Shown: positions 30,029 through 39,877, numbered from the stretch's first letter. The stretch: 64,000 nucleotides of DNA from Candidatus Saccharimonadales bacterium (GCA_035480635.1 DATIHN010000019.1:16260-80259); one strand, 5' to 3'. The notes: generated by a model not told the origin, from the sequence alone. A program made the numbers and translations.

Positions 30029-30057
30029 TTGACGTTCGGTTTCTGTTTGGCTAATGT
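30029..30057 (+). promoter_or_regulatory. Putative sigma-70 promoter for the LTD gene (-35 TTGACG, 17 nt, -10 TAATGT)
   Basis: Read directly in the sequence. AGGGGG RBS lies before the ATG at 30092. Confidence 0.4.
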
Positions 30058-30091
30058 TGAATTGAGGGTACAAATAGGTAAGGGGGATTTT

Positions 30092-31465
30092 ATGAAACGT
30101 ATCAGTGCCCTTTCGGCCGCCGTAATTGTTTGCCTGAGCATTAGCCAGTTTGTGCGGGCTGAAGCGACCAATCACATTGTTATTAGCGAACTTCAAACTG
30201 GCTCGTCCGCCAGCGCTAGCCAAGAATTTATTGAACTCTACAATCCGACCAATCAAGCCATCTCGGTTGAAGGCTGGCAGTTGCAATATCGTCCAGCTGG
30301 AGCCACCAGCAGTTGGACTAATCGGACCAGCAGCGGGCTTCACGGCTCGATTGCAGCCAACGGCTATTATCTAATTGCGGCCACAACTTATCTCGCCAGT
30401 GCCGATGCGGCTTTTTCGTCCGGGATGGCCCAAAGCGGTGGTTCAGTTAGGATCGTCGATGGCACCGGACAAGTTATCGACGTTCTCGGTTGGGGGACGG
30501 CTGTTGAATTTGAAGGATCGCCAGCGGCAGCCCCGGCGGCTGGCCAAAGTTTGGAACGCCAGCCGGGTGAGGCCAACCCCAGCGGCGGAAATGGGATTGA
30601 TAGTGATAACAACCAGGCTGATTTCGCCATTCGGCAAAACCCCGAGCCACAGTCAACTGTTAGTGCTATCGAAGTCCCGGGCGATCCAATAACAACACCG
30701 GTTACAAACCCGGGATCATCAACCGATACTGGCTCGACCCCAGCCAGCTCGCCTAGCTCGGTTCTGGGCCAACCCAAAATCAATGAGCTCTTCATCGATC
30801 CAGCCGCACCTTTGACAGACCTGCACGATGAATTCATTGAGCTCTATAATCCCACCCCTAGTCCAATTGATTTAACGGGCTACGTCCTCAAAACCGGGGC
30901 AGATTTTCATGACACCTACACTATCCCCAGTGGCAGTTTGGCGGTCGGCGGATATATAGCGCTCTATTCGACCCAAACCCACTTGAGTCTAACCAATACT
31001 GGCGGGGCAGCCGAATTGCTCGATGCGAGTGGCGGTGTGGTTGACCAAACTGATGTTTATGATGGTTCATTGACCGGCCTGAGCTTTTCAAGATTTGGCG
31101 ATGATTGGCGCTGGAGCACCGCACTTACGCCTGGTGCTGCTAACATTTACGCGGCCGTGCCCAATGCCACCTTGGCTTCGGCCTCTAGCTCAGCTCGAAC
31201 TTCCAGTCGGCGAGCGGCTAGTTCGAGATCGGCGGCTTCCAAAGTTAAGGCCGTTAAAGCCACCAAAGCTCCCAAGGTCGCTGGGCTGTTGGCCGACCAA
31301 CACACTGCCGGGTTGGCCAGTCGGTGGTTGATCATTGGGCTGGCTACCCTTACTATTGGGTACGCAATCTATGAATTCCGCTACGACTTACAAAACCACT
31401 ACACACGGGCCAAGCGAAACTATCGCACTTGGCGAGAAGCTCGGCGCCCGCCTTCAGGGCGGTGA
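30092..31465 (+). CDS. Secreted cell-surface protein with two lamin-tail domains (LTD) and a C-terminal TM anchor
   Basis: Signal peptide 'MKRISALSAAVIVCLSISQFVRA'. Two 'I(S/N)EL...EFIELYNPT' LTD cores, each followed by a 'GW/GY' beta-strand motif. Ser/Ala-rich stalk, then a TM helix 'WLIIGLATLTIGYAIY'. Confidence 0.7.
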   Translation: MKRISALSAAVIVCLSISQFVRAEATNHIVISELQTGSSASASQEFIELYNPTNQAISVEGWQLQYRPAGATSSWTNRTSSGLHGSIAANGYYLIAATTYLASADAAFSSGMAQSGGSVRIVDGTGQVIDVLGWGTAVEFEGSPAAAPAAGQSLERQPGEANPSGGNGIDSDNNQADFAIRQNPEPQSTVSAIEVPGDPITTPVTNPGSSTDTGSTPASSPSSVLGQPKINELFIDPAAPLTDLHDEFIELYNPTPSPIDLTGYVLKTGADFHDTYTIPSGSLAVGGYIALYSTQTHLSLTNTGGAAELLDASGGVVDQTDVYDGSLTGLSFSRFGDDWRWSTALTPGAANIYAAVPNATLASASSSARTSSRRAASSRSAASKVKAVKATKAPKVAGLLADQHTAGLASRWLIIGLATLTIGYAIYEFRYDLQNHYTRAKRNYRTWREARRPPSGR

Positions 31466-31844
31466 GGTTATTGAGTTAGCTAGTGATCTGGGCGGTGGCA
31501 AAACCACCATGGCTCAGGGCATTGCGAAAGGTTTGGGGTATGACGGTGATATCGTCAGTCCAACCTTTACTATTAGCCGCGTTTATCAATTGTCCCATGG
31601 TCGCGAGTTACAGCACTATGATTTCTACCGATTGGAACCAGATGACATCACTGCCCAAGAACTGGCCGAAGCTGCGGGTGATGAATCTAAAATTGTCATG
31701 ATCGAATGGGCCGGACATGTTGGAGCCAATCTGCCAAAAGATCGGCTCAGCGTCAGCCTAATTGCGCTCAGCGAAACCGATCGCGAAATTACTTTTTCTG
31801 GCAGTGGCCGCTATGCCAAAATCATCAAGGACTTGAAGGCATGA
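31371..31844 (+). CDS. tsaE: tRNA threonylcarbamoyladenosine biosynthesis protein TsaE
   Basis: 'TIALGEKLGARLQGGEVIELASDLGGGKTT' matches the TsaE P-loop region. Start estimate overlaps the LTD gene by about 95 nt. Confidence 0.8.
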   Translation: MNSATTYKTTTHGPSETIALGEKLGARLQGGEVIELASDLGGGKTTMAQGIAKGLGYDGDIVSPTFTISRVYQLSHGRELQHYDFYRLEPDDITAQELAEAAGDESKIVMIEWAGHVGANLPKDRLSVSLIALSETDREITFSGSGRYAKIIKDLKA

Positions 31845-32233
31845 TCTTAATTCTCAAAACGGCCGGTATGGAATGCGAAATTGGTTTGCTTGATGAAACT
31901 GGCCAAAAAATCACTGGCGAAATTTGGCAATCGGGCCGCGAATTATCCGAAGGATTACTGACGCACATTCTAGAGATCATTAAACAAAACCAGGCCAGCA
32001 TTGATGACCTCAGCGGCATCATAGTTTTCGAAGGCCCCGGGTCATTCACCAGCCTTCGCATCGGCCTAAGTGTTGCTAACACCATGGCTTATTCGCAAAA
32101 CCTTCCGATCGTCGGATCAACTGGGAAGAATTGGATTACGGCTGGTTTCACCAAACTCAAATCAGCCAAACCAGGCGATTACGTTATGCCAGCCTACGGC
32201 GCCGAGGCGAATATTACAAAGCCGAGGAAGTGA
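31841..32233 (+). CDS. tsaB: tRNA threonylcarbamoyladenosine biosynthesis protein TsaB
   Basis: 'FEGPGSFTSLRIGLSVANTMA' TsaB/YeaZ motif. ATGA overlap with tsaE. Confidence 0.8.
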   Translation: MILILKTAGMECEIGLLDETGQKITGEIWQSGRELSEGLLTHILEIIKQNQASIDDLSGIIVFEGPGSFTSLRIGLSVANTMAYSQNLPIVGSTGKNWITAGFTKLKSAKPGDYVMPAYGAEANITKPRK

Positions 32234-32289
32234 GTTCAATGCACCTATTTTCGCTCGACAAAAAATCGGAACTTCCGGATAATTAAATC

Positions 32290-32802
32290 ATGAGTCCGGA
32301 AGCAGAAAATCCTGGAGATGAAAGGAGATCATCTGCCTGGCAGCAGGTTGGTCGGGAGTTTTATCGTCAAAACCAAGAATTGCTATCAACCCAGCAAACT
32401 CGCCCTCTTGTTGGGAATGATGAACCAGGGGTAGCTGAAGCTATCTATGAAGACCCAAAACTAAGGGAATATACCAAATACCCAGGTACTATCGCCGAAT
32501 TTAGTAATCGGCTGGGTCAACCCTGCTCCGTAGAAAAACGTCAAGCGGTCTCCCCAGATTTAATCGATGCATTAGAGTTTAGTGTCTATAGCGATTCCGA
32601 TGCAGAAGGCGCTGGTGATTGGATCGATGCCTATTTGATCAGTCCAAGCGGCCAAATCCTTGCCGCCGAACACCGTCTAGCAACGTCTGATAATGCCGAT
32701 TATGAATTTAGCCCAATTCCAATTCATCTTGAAGAACTACTTTTTAAAATCCAAACTGAGTTTAGGCCGTCGCCGGAATCAACAGCCCAAAAAGACGATT
32801 GA
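32290..32802 (+). CDS. Hypothetical acidic protein (170 aa)
   Basis: ORF with no recognisable domain. Confidence 0.4.
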   Translation: MSPEAENPGDERRSSAWQQVGREFYRQNQELLSTQQTRPLVGNDEPGVAEAIYEDPKLREYTKYPGTIAEFSNRLGQPCSVEKRQAVSPDLIDALEFSVYSDSDAEGAGDWIDAYLISPSGQILAAEHRLATSDNADYEFSPIPIHLEELLFKIQTEFRPSPESTAQKDD

Positions 32803-32966
32803 CCCACTTGAAAGTTTGGACGTAAACTAGAGCTACAGTCACACGTTGATTAATTCCTTATCGGTCCGCTGTTAGTATCATTTGGCTGTTCAACTACGGT
32901 ATTTCAACTTTATCTCAATCATTCCCCTAATGGCGGTCTATTTCGGAACGGAAAGCAGGTTAATAT

Positions 32967-34484
32967 ATGCTACCCCTATTTGTGGTAGCGGCGCTGGCTG
33001 CTGGTGGAGCAACCGGCTACGCTACGAATATCGCTATCAATAAAAACAAAAGCAATACGGCTGATAGCAAAGCCAAAAAAATTCTAGACGAAGCTCAGGC
33101 CAAAGCCAAAGAAACCACCCTCGAGGCCAAGACCGATGCTATTAAAATTGCCGAAGCCGCCAAGCGGGAAGAAAGCGAACGTCGCAAGCAATTGATCGAA
33201 ACTGAAAATCGGTTGAGCTCGCGCGAAACCACGTTAGATAAAAAGCTGGAGGAACTCGACCGCCGGGCCGAAGGCTTGCGCCAACGCGAAACCGACATCG
33301 AGGAACTCAAAGATGAGATCCGGACGATTCGGACTAAACAGCAGGAGAATTTGGAAAAAATTGCCAAACTCAAGCGCGAAGAGGCTAGAGACAAGTTGAT
33401 GCAGATGACGGAGCGCGATATCAAGGCCGACTTGGTTGGCTTGGTCGATAAATTAAGAGGCGAAGCACAGGCTGAAGCCGATGATAACGCTCGGGTCATC
33501 GTGACCACCGCCATGGAGCGCATTGCTGGTGATCTGACTTCGGAGCGGACGGTGACGGCCGTGGAACTTCCCAGCGAGGAAATGAAGGGCCGCGTTATTG
33601 GCAAAGAGGGCCGCAACATTCAGGCCTTTGAGCGAGCCACTGGCGTTGATGTCATCATCGATGAAACGCCCGGTGCCATTATTCTTTCTAGCTTTGATCC
33701 GCTGCGCCGCCAAGTTGCGCGCATTGCGCTGGAAAAATTGCTCCAAGATGGGCGGATCCATCCGGCTCGGATCGAAGAAGTCGTTCAAAAGGCCGAAGCC
33801 GAAGTCGATAAGATAGTCAAAGAGGCCGGCGAAAAGGCTTTGAAGGAAACCGGTGTAGTCGGTGTACCGCCAGAACTAGTTCAATTACTCGGTCAGCTCA
33901 AATTTAGAACTTCGTTTAGCCAAAATGTCCTGCAACATTCTATCGAGATGTCGCAACTGGCTGGCATTATTGCCACAGAAGTTGGAGCCGATGTGCGTAT
34001 AACCAAAACAGCCGCCCTGTTGCACGATATCGGCAAGGCTTTGACGCATGAAATTGAAGGCAAGCATCACCACATCTCTGGCACCATGATCCGCAAATAC
34101 GGAATGGATGAAGTTATTGCCCACGCCGCCGAGGCCCACCATGATGATATCGATGCCACTACGCCCGAGGCCATGATTGTCCGGGTGGTTGATGCCATTT
34201 CGGCTGGTCGCCCCGGTGCCCGCGGCGATACGCTCGAAAACTATGCCAAGCGTATGACGGAGCTGGAAAACTTGGCCAATACCTTCCCTGGCATCAACAA
34301 AAGCTATGCCGTTTCGGCTGGGCGCGAAATCCGCATTATCGTGACCCCTGAGGAAATCGACGATCTCCAAGCTATCAAACTAGCTCGCGACATCGCCACC
34401 AAGATCGAAGCCACTCTGAAGTATCCTGGTACCATCAAAGTCAATGTCATCCGTGAAACTAGAGCCACCGAGTTCGCCAAATAA
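32967..34484 (+). CDS. rny: Ribonuclease Y
   Basis: N-terminal TM helix, coiled coil, KH domain 'GRVIGKEGRNIQAFERATGVD', HD domain 'LLHDIGKA'. Confidence 0.9.
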   Translation: MLPLFVVAALAAGGATGYATNIAINKNKSNTADSKAKKILDEAQAKAKETTLEAKTDAIKIAEAAKREESERRKQLIETENRLSSRETTLDKKLEELDRRAEGLRQRETDIEELKDEIRTIRTKQQENLEKIAKLKREEARDKLMQMTERDIKADLVGLVDKLRGEAQAEADDNARVIVTTAMERIAGDLTSERTVTAVELPSEEMKGRVIGKEGRNIQAFERATGVDVIIDETPGAIILSSFDPLRRQVARIALEKLLQDGRIHPARIEEVVQKAEAEVDKIVKEAGEKALKETGVVGVPPELVQLLGQLKFRTSFSQNVLQHSIEMSQLAGIIATEVGADVRITKTAALLHDIGKALTHEIEGKHHHISGTMIRKYGMDEVIAHAAEAHHDDIDATTPEAMIVRVVDAISAGRPGARGDTLENYAKRMTELENLANTFPGINKSYAVSAGREIRIIVTPEEIDDLQAIKLARDIATKIEATLKYPGTIKVNVIRETRATEFAK

Positions 34485-34611
34485 GAGCTTGGATATTTGT
34501 GCATTCGGCTAGAATCGGCCTGAGATAGCAGTTTTTTATGTATTTTCAAGGCTTGTATTAAAACCAGCTCGGGATTACACTACAAAATCGTAATAGGAGC
34601 ACAATAAAGCT

Positions 34612-34884
34612 ATGACAAAGCACGAATTGATTGATAACCTCTCACGCGAAACTGGTATGACTAAGCGTCAGGTAGAGGATGTGGTCGCCAAGTTAACAGG
34701 CATTATTAGCCGGACTATCAAGGGTGGCGAAAAGGTCTCCATTACTGGTTTTGGTACCTTTGATTTAGGCAAACGGGCCGCACGCCGAGGTGTTAATCCG
34801 CAGACTGGGGGCGAAATTCGCATTCCGGAGATGCCAATGCCTCGCTTTCGGGCTGGCAAACGTCTAAAAGAAATAGTGCGTTAA
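34612..34884 (+). CDS. hup: DNA-binding protein HU
   Basis: 'GFGTFDLGKRAARRGVNPQTGGEIRIPEMPMPRFRAGK' HU arm. Confidence 0.9.
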   Translation: MTKHELIDNLSRETGMTKRQVEDVVAKLTGIISRTIKGGEKVSITGFGTFDLGKRAARRGVNPQTGGEIRIPEMPMPRFRAGKRLKEIVR

Positions 34885-35052
34885 GACTAAACAACTCTCA
34901 CAAAAACACCCGTCAAATCCGGCGGGTTTTTTGTATTGTCAAACAATTATGTTAGGCGTAAGCTAGCGATGAGCACTTTGAGTGGGGAAAAAGAATAGCC
35001 AGTAAGTTGCTTCAAAGTTCAACGTCTGACTCTAGTGAGTTGGAGGTGCCCT

Positions 35053-35238
35053 ATGTGGCAGGACCGAAATCGCAAGCCAATCTGGCAAATGTCTCCTGAG
35101 GAGCGCCGGGCTGAGGCCCATCGACGCGAGGAAGTCAGGTCAAGCCCGGCGACCGCTCATCGATTCACTTCAGTCGTTTTGAGTGACATCGATGCCGCAC
35201 TGAGCGAATCGAAGGTGGTGACTGCGCTCGAGTTCTAA
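35053..35238 (+). CDS. Hypothetical small protein (61 aa from the ATG with GGAGG RBS), in a GC-rich islet
   Basis: GGAGG 5 nt upstream of the ATG at 35053. Composition differs from the flanking genes. Confidence 0.3.
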   Translation: MWQDRNRKPIWQMSPEERRAEAHRREEVRSSPATAHRFTSVVLSDIDAALSESKVVTALEF

Positions 35239-35338
35239 TCACCCCGAGTCATAATCAGCCGGCAGGCCAAACAACGAAACAGGGCGAGGACTTGATTGTC
35301 CTCGCCCTTAAGCGTTCTCGTTTTTGTTTTCGGCGCCG

Positions 35339-35671
35339 TTAGTTCGATTCGTGTCTGGTTGCTTGCACCATCGGAAGAACCGCTCGGCCTGGAATGACTC
35401 GGTAGAACCTGGTTAGCTCGGAGATACTCACCCACCGCCCGAGCCCAGATTGACCAAGCTCAAGCAGTACAATGGTGTGATCTTTCTCGCGCCGGAAATC
35501 CGCCAGTCGGTAGACCCTGCTGTCGTGGAGTCTCTGAACCAAGCAATTGATCCCGAAGCCCAGTCCAGCAGCTTCAGTAACTGGCATTTCACGCACGTCG
35601 AAGACGGTGCGTCGATCTAGCCAATCCCGATCGTGGAGTAGTGGGTCGTGCACGAGCAACGAGATTGTCAT
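35339..35671 (-). CDS. Hypothetical protein (110 aa), in a GC-rich islet
   Basis: GGAG RBS upstream. No recognisable domain. Confidence 0.35.
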   Translation of the reverse strand: MTISLLVHDPLLHDRDWLDRRTVFDVREMPVTEAAGLGFGINCLVQRLHDSRVYRLADFRREKDHTIVLLELGQSGLGRWVSISELTRFYRVIPGRAVLPMVQATRHESN

Positions 35672-35769
35672 TGCTTGCTCCAGTCATTGATGAGAACTTG
35701 AAACCGCTTATGCAGTCTCATAACTCCACTATCCCACTAATTATTTATTTGTCAATACATAAAGCTATT

Positions 35770-36984
35770 TTAGCTAGCTGGCCCAGCCACAAAGGTTAGG
35801 GCATGGCCGCGGTGGCCAGCTCGGCCAGTCCGGCCGATGCGATGAATGTAGTCCTCATAGGTGGTTGGTTGATCGAAGTTGATAACGTGGCTGACTTGTG
35901 GGATATCGAGCCCCCGCGCGGCCACATCCGTTGCCACTAAGATAGAGGTGCGACCATCCTTAAAGGCCTGTAAGGCTCGTTGGCGCTGAGGCTGAGATTT
36001 ATTACCGTGAATGGCTTCAGCCTTAAAGCCCTGCCCGGCCAGATTATCAGCTAGACGTTGAACGCTCCATTTGGTTTGGCCAAATATCAAGACTTTATCG
36101 AAATCTGGTTGGGCCAAAAGGCCTTGTAGAATCCGAATCTTTTCGTCCTTAGACCCAGCCCGAATAATATTTTGCTCCACGTGGTCACTTGTTTCGCTGG
36201 TGCGAACCGAAATAACCACTGGATCAACCAGCATCTGATCGATCAAACGGCGGATGTCGGCTGGAATAGTAGCGCTAAAGCAATACGACTGCCGTTTGGC
36301 TGGCAAGCGGTCCAGCAAGAATCGAATATCATGGATAAAGCCCATATCGAGCATCCTATCGGCTTCATCCAGCACCAAGATGCCCACGCTACCCAGCTTT
36401 AGGGCGTGCTGATTGTAGAGATCCTTTAAGCGGCCGGGCGTACCAACCACGACTTGCGGCCCCTGCCTCAATTGGCTAACTTGCCGATTGATACCTGCAC
36501 CACCAACTATCAAGGCCGAATAGAGCCTGAGTCCCCGAGCAAAGGCCCTAAATTCCTCATCGATTTGAATGGCTAGTTCACGGGTTGGCGCAATAATCAA
36601 AGCGGTTTGGTTCGGTTGATGCTTGAGGGCCTGGATAATTGGCAACACAAAGGCCGCCGTTTTGCCGGTACCGGTGTTGGCAATGCCAATAATATCGCGC
36701 CCGGCTAGCGCCGGTTTGATGGCACCGTCTTGAATTGGGGTTGGGATGCTAAAACCGCGTTCGGCAATGGTGCGCTCAAGCTCTGGCATTAAACCAAAGT
36801 CATTAAAGGTGTGGGTGGGCACAAACTCCGCTTGGTCGGCCGGCTGGGCGGCTTGGTTGATAAAGCGTTGGGGGTCAATATATTGTCCGGCGCGTTGAGG
36901 CCGGTTGTTGCCGCCATGGCGGGAGTTGCGAAAAACCTTGTTGCCCCGCTGGCTAACGGGTTTAGCGAATGAACTTTTGCTCAT
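35770..36984 (-). CDS. DEAD-box ATP-dependent RNA helicase
   Basis: Q motif, 'ANTGTGKT', 'VLDEADRMLDMGF', 'SAT', 'HRIGRTGRAG'. Confidence 0.9.
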   Translation of the reverse strand: MSKSSFAKPVSQRGNKVFRNSRHGGNNRPQRAGQYIDPQRFINQAAQPADQAEFVPTHTFNDFGLMPELERTIAERGFSIPTPIQDGAIKPALAGRDIIGIANTGTGKTAAFVLPIIQALKHQPNQTALIIAPTRELAIQIDEEFRAFARGLRLYSALIVGGAGINRQVSQLRQGPQVVVGTPGRLKDLYNQHALKLGSVGILVLDEADRMLDMGFIHDIRFLLDRLPAKRQSYCFSATIPADIRRLIDQMLVDPVVISVRTSETSDHVEQNIIRAGSKDEKIRILQGLLAQPDFDKVLIFGQTKWSVQRLADNLAGQGFKAEAIHGNKSQPQRQRALQAFKDGRTSILVATDVAARGLDIPQVSHVINFDQPTTYEDYIHRIGRTGRAGHRGHALTFVAGPAS

Positions 36985-37159
36985 GAATACCTTTCTATTA
37001 GATCTAGCTGATGAACGGCGAGATCTAGTAGATATACTCGGTATTCACCCAAAGTTGCTATACAAGAATTAACTATAACATACAAGATCATCTTTGTCTA
37101 TAAGTCTTTTAGTGTGATGTGCCTACTTTTTGACCTAACCCAGTGCTAAACTACTAATT

Positions 37160-37966
37160 ATGACTCAAGTAAAGCTATATTCTTGGAACGTTAATGGTAT
37201 AAGAGCGGTTATTCGCAAAGAATCGCTGACCGAGTTCTTTGCCCGTCACCAACCTGATATTTTATGCTTGCAGGAAACAAAGGTTGGCAAGGATGCGGTT
37301 GAAGTTGAAACCCCTGGTTATGAGCAATACTGGAACTCAGCCGCCAAACCCGGTTATTCTGGCACCGCTATCTTTTCTAAAACCAAGCCCCTCAAAGTTA
37401 CCAATGGATTCCCCGAAGGTTTTGCTAGCAAATACAACTTTGTCGATCATGAGACCCGTGATGCGGCCGGTGAAGGTCGAGTAATCGCGGCCGAATTTGA
37501 TAAATTTTACGTCGTCACCGTCTACACCCCGAATGCCAAGGACGATTTGAGTCGAATCCCCCTGCGCCATGAGCATTGGGACCCAGCCTTTTTGGCCTAC
37601 TGCCAAGAGCTCGAAAAAACCAAGCCGGTGGTTTTTTGCGGTGACCTGAACGTCGCTCATACCCCCGATGACTTAGCTAGACCCAAGGAAAACGAGGGCA
37701 AAAAAGGCTTTACGGCTGAGGAGCGTGAGGGTTTTGACAAGTTTGAAGCAGCGGGCTTTATTGATACCTTTCGGCTCTTTACACAGGGCAACGGTTTCTA
37801 CACCTGGTGGAGCGCCTGGGGTGGTGCCCGTGAACGTAATGTCGGCTGGCGGATCGATTACTTTATGGCTTCCAAACAACTCAAAGACAAAGTGATAGAA
37901 GCCGATATCCACCCCGACATTATGGGATCCGACCATTGCCCGATCAGCGTAACCCTGGATCTTTAA
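37160..37966 (+). CDS. xth: Exodeoxyribonuclease III
   Basis: 'KLYSWNVNGIRA...LCLQETK' and the C-terminal 'SDHCPI' motifs of the EEP family. Confidence 0.9.
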   Translation: MTQVKLYSWNVNGIRAVIRKESLTEFFARHQPDILCLQETKVGKDAVEVETPGYEQYWNSAAKPGYSGTAIFSKTKPLKVTNGFPEGFASKYNFVDHETRDAAGEGRVIAAEFDKFYVVTVYTPNAKDDLSRIPLRHEHWDPAFLAYCQELEKTKPVVFCGDLNVAHTPDDLARPKENEGKKGFTAEEREGFDKFEAAGFIDTFRLFTQGNGFYTWWSAWGGARERNVGWRIDYFMASKQLKDKVIEADIHPDIMGSDHCPISVTLDL

Positions 37967-37976
37967 GGAGGAAATC

Positions 37977-38378
37977 ATGAAACTCAAAGGCGCATCCGGC
38001 TATTCCTACTACGTTAGTGATCTGGATAAGACGGCGGACTTTTACACTAAGCTTGGGTTACAAATTAAGGAACGCACCGATAATCGCATCGTCATCTACC
38101 TCAACTGGTATCGCATCGACTTAGTCAAAGCTGGTCCCGAAGATTACGCCGAATTTCGTGACGAGGCTGATAAGGGCGACAAGGGCGCCGGAGTCTTCCT
38201 CTACTTTAATGTTGATGACGTTGATGCAACTTATAAGGAGCTGGCCGATGCCGGTATCAAACCGGCCACCGAACCGGCCGACCAGCCCTGGGGTAACCGC
38301 GAATTCGTGATATTGGATCCGGATGGTTATAAACTTGTCATATTCAAACGCAAAGCCGCTAAGAATCCGTTGAATTAA
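37977..38378 (+). CDS. VOC/glyoxalase family protein
   Basis: 133 aa with the beta-alpha-beta-beta-beta pattern typical of glyoxalase/bleomycin-resistance folds. Confidence 0.6.
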   Translation: MKLKGASGYSYYVSDLDKTADFYTKLGLQIKERTDNRIVIYLNWYRIDLVKAGPEDYAEFRDEADKGDKGAGVFLYFNVDDVDATYKELADAGIKPATEPADQPWGNREFVILDPDGYKLVIFKRKAAKNPLN

Positions 38379-38434
38379 TAAGCAAACGCCCGCCGACCTC
38401 ATAGATCGACATGGCGTCTACTAAAGTCAGCGGG

Positions 38435-38827
38435 CTACCCCTTAATCGGCTTCCAGTGTGAGGGAGCTCTCCCATCGATCATGCTGAGAGCTTCTTTGAG
38501 CACCTTTTGATCATCGATGAGCACTCGCAAGTATTTCTTAACCCCCAGCTTTTTTACCCGTCTCATTGGAGTGATGCCGAATGGGTTGAGAAACCCGGAG
38601 CATGCCAGACCCAGGGCAAATGCGATCTCCTGTCCATTGAACTCTCGTCCGGCCCACCCGAGAACGACTGGGTAGAGACGCTCGACTCGTGCACTGTCGT
38701 CTGAGACACTCAGCAATCGCTCGAGCATTTCATCGCGATCAGGAAGCGTAACCTTTTGATCGGACATTATTCCTCCAGAGCAGGGGATGAACGCCGCAAC
38801 CTTACCATATGTAGCCAACTTAGTCAA
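38435..38827 (-). CDS. Hypothetical protein
   Basis: ORF of 130 aa (110 aa from the internal Met). Confidence 0.35.
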   Translation of the reverse strand: MTKLATYGKVAAFIPCSGGIMSDQKVTLPDRDEMLERLLSVSDDSARVERLYPVVLGWAGREFNGQEIAFALGLACSGFLNPFGITPMRRVKKLGVKKYLRVLIDDQKVLKEALSMIDGRAPSHWKPIKG

Positions 38828-38860
38828 TCTGGTCCAACACGTAATCGTTCTTGAGTTAAA

Positions 38861-39766
38861 ATGATTTCAGTGCTCGAATTTAGAAACCTAGGTAAAGATG
38901 TTCCTATAGCCCCCTTTACGACTTATCAAATTGGTGGGCCAGCTGACTATTTCATCACCGCAAATTCGAAATCTGAGTTGGCTGAAGCCGTTTCATCCGC
39001 TCGCAATGAAAATATGCCGTATTTTATCCTCGGAACGGGAGCTAACATCCTGGTTGGAGATAAAGGCTTTCGTGGGCTGGTTATTCACAATCAGGCTAAG
39101 TCTTTTCATTTTGATGATAACTTGCTGATTGCCGAAAGCGGCTGCGTTATAACCGATTTGATAACGGAATCGGTTAAAAAAGGACTTTCCGGTTTGGAAC
39201 ATTTTGCGGGAATTCCGAGTAGCGTTGGTGGGGCAATTTGGCAAAATCTTCATTTTCTGGCGCCTGACCGCAAGAGCACTATCTTTATTGGTCAGTTTAT
39301 TAAATCTGCTGATATTCTTGACCGAACAGGCGAAGTCCATACAGTCGGCAACGATTTCTTTCAGTTTGGGTATGATGACAGCATTCTTCACCACCAAGAA
39401 ATCGCGGTGCTTGATGTAACTTTTGCCCTGGACTCAAAACCCTCCACACAAATCGAAGAACGGGTTATAGCCAACTTAGCTTGGCGAAGCAAAAAACAGC
39501 CTCAACTAAGCGAATATCCGTCATGCGGTTCAGTTTTCAAAAAAATCGAAGGCGTAGGGGCCGGGCGGTTAATTGATAAGGCCGGACTTAAGAACAAACA
39601 AATCGGTGGGGCCGCAGTCTCTAGTAAACACACCAATTACATAGTCAATAAAGCCAATGCCACAGCCGCTGATGTTCGCAAATTAATCTCGATCGTCCAA
39701 AGTGAAGTGAAGCGGGATAGCGGTTATAACCTGGAGCCGGAGATTAGCTTCATAGGCGAATTTTAG
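38861..39766 (+). CDS. murB: UDP-N-acetylenolpyruvoylglucosamine reductase MurB
   Basis: FAD-binding 'GGPADYF...ILGTGANIL' and 'FAGIPSSVGGAIWQN'. Confidence 0.85.
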   Translation: MISVLEFRNLGKDVPIAPFTTYQIGGPADYFITANSKSELAEAVSSARNENMPYFILGTGANILVGDKGFRGLVIHNQAKSFHFDDNLLIAESGCVITDLITESVKKGLSGLEHFAGIPSSVGGAIWQNLHFLAPDRKSTIFIGQFIKSADILDRTGEVHTVGNDFFQFGYDDSILHHQEIAVLDVTFALDSKPSTQIEERVIANLAWRSKKQPQLSEYPSCGSVFKKIEGVGAGRLIDKAGLKNKQIGGAAVSSKHTNYIVNKANATAADVRKLISIVQSEVKRDSGYNLEPEISFIGEF

Positions 39767-39777
39767 TACTTATAAAT

Positions 39778-39798
39778 TTGGGGCGAGTGATGGGGCTC
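39778..39798 (-). repeat. 21-nt direct duplicate of the tRNA-His 3' end (TTGGGGCGAGTGATGGGGCTC), 99 bp from the tRNA copy
   Basis: Exact match to 39877-39897. Confidence 0.6.
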
Positions 39799-39877
39799 CC
39801 GCCAGCCGGCGGATAAACTTCTCGCCCCCTTCTTTACATCAAAAAATGCCGATGACACTGGGTCACCAGCATTTTTT

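Noticed and set aside
29981-30091. 37-aa N-terminal extension of the LTD ORF, and the 56564 start of the membrane-protein ORF.
   Set aside because: Both true starts are marked by a strong RBS followed by a Met that opens a signal peptide or TM segment (30092 and 56828). The upstream parts overlap promoter sequence or the neighbouring gene.
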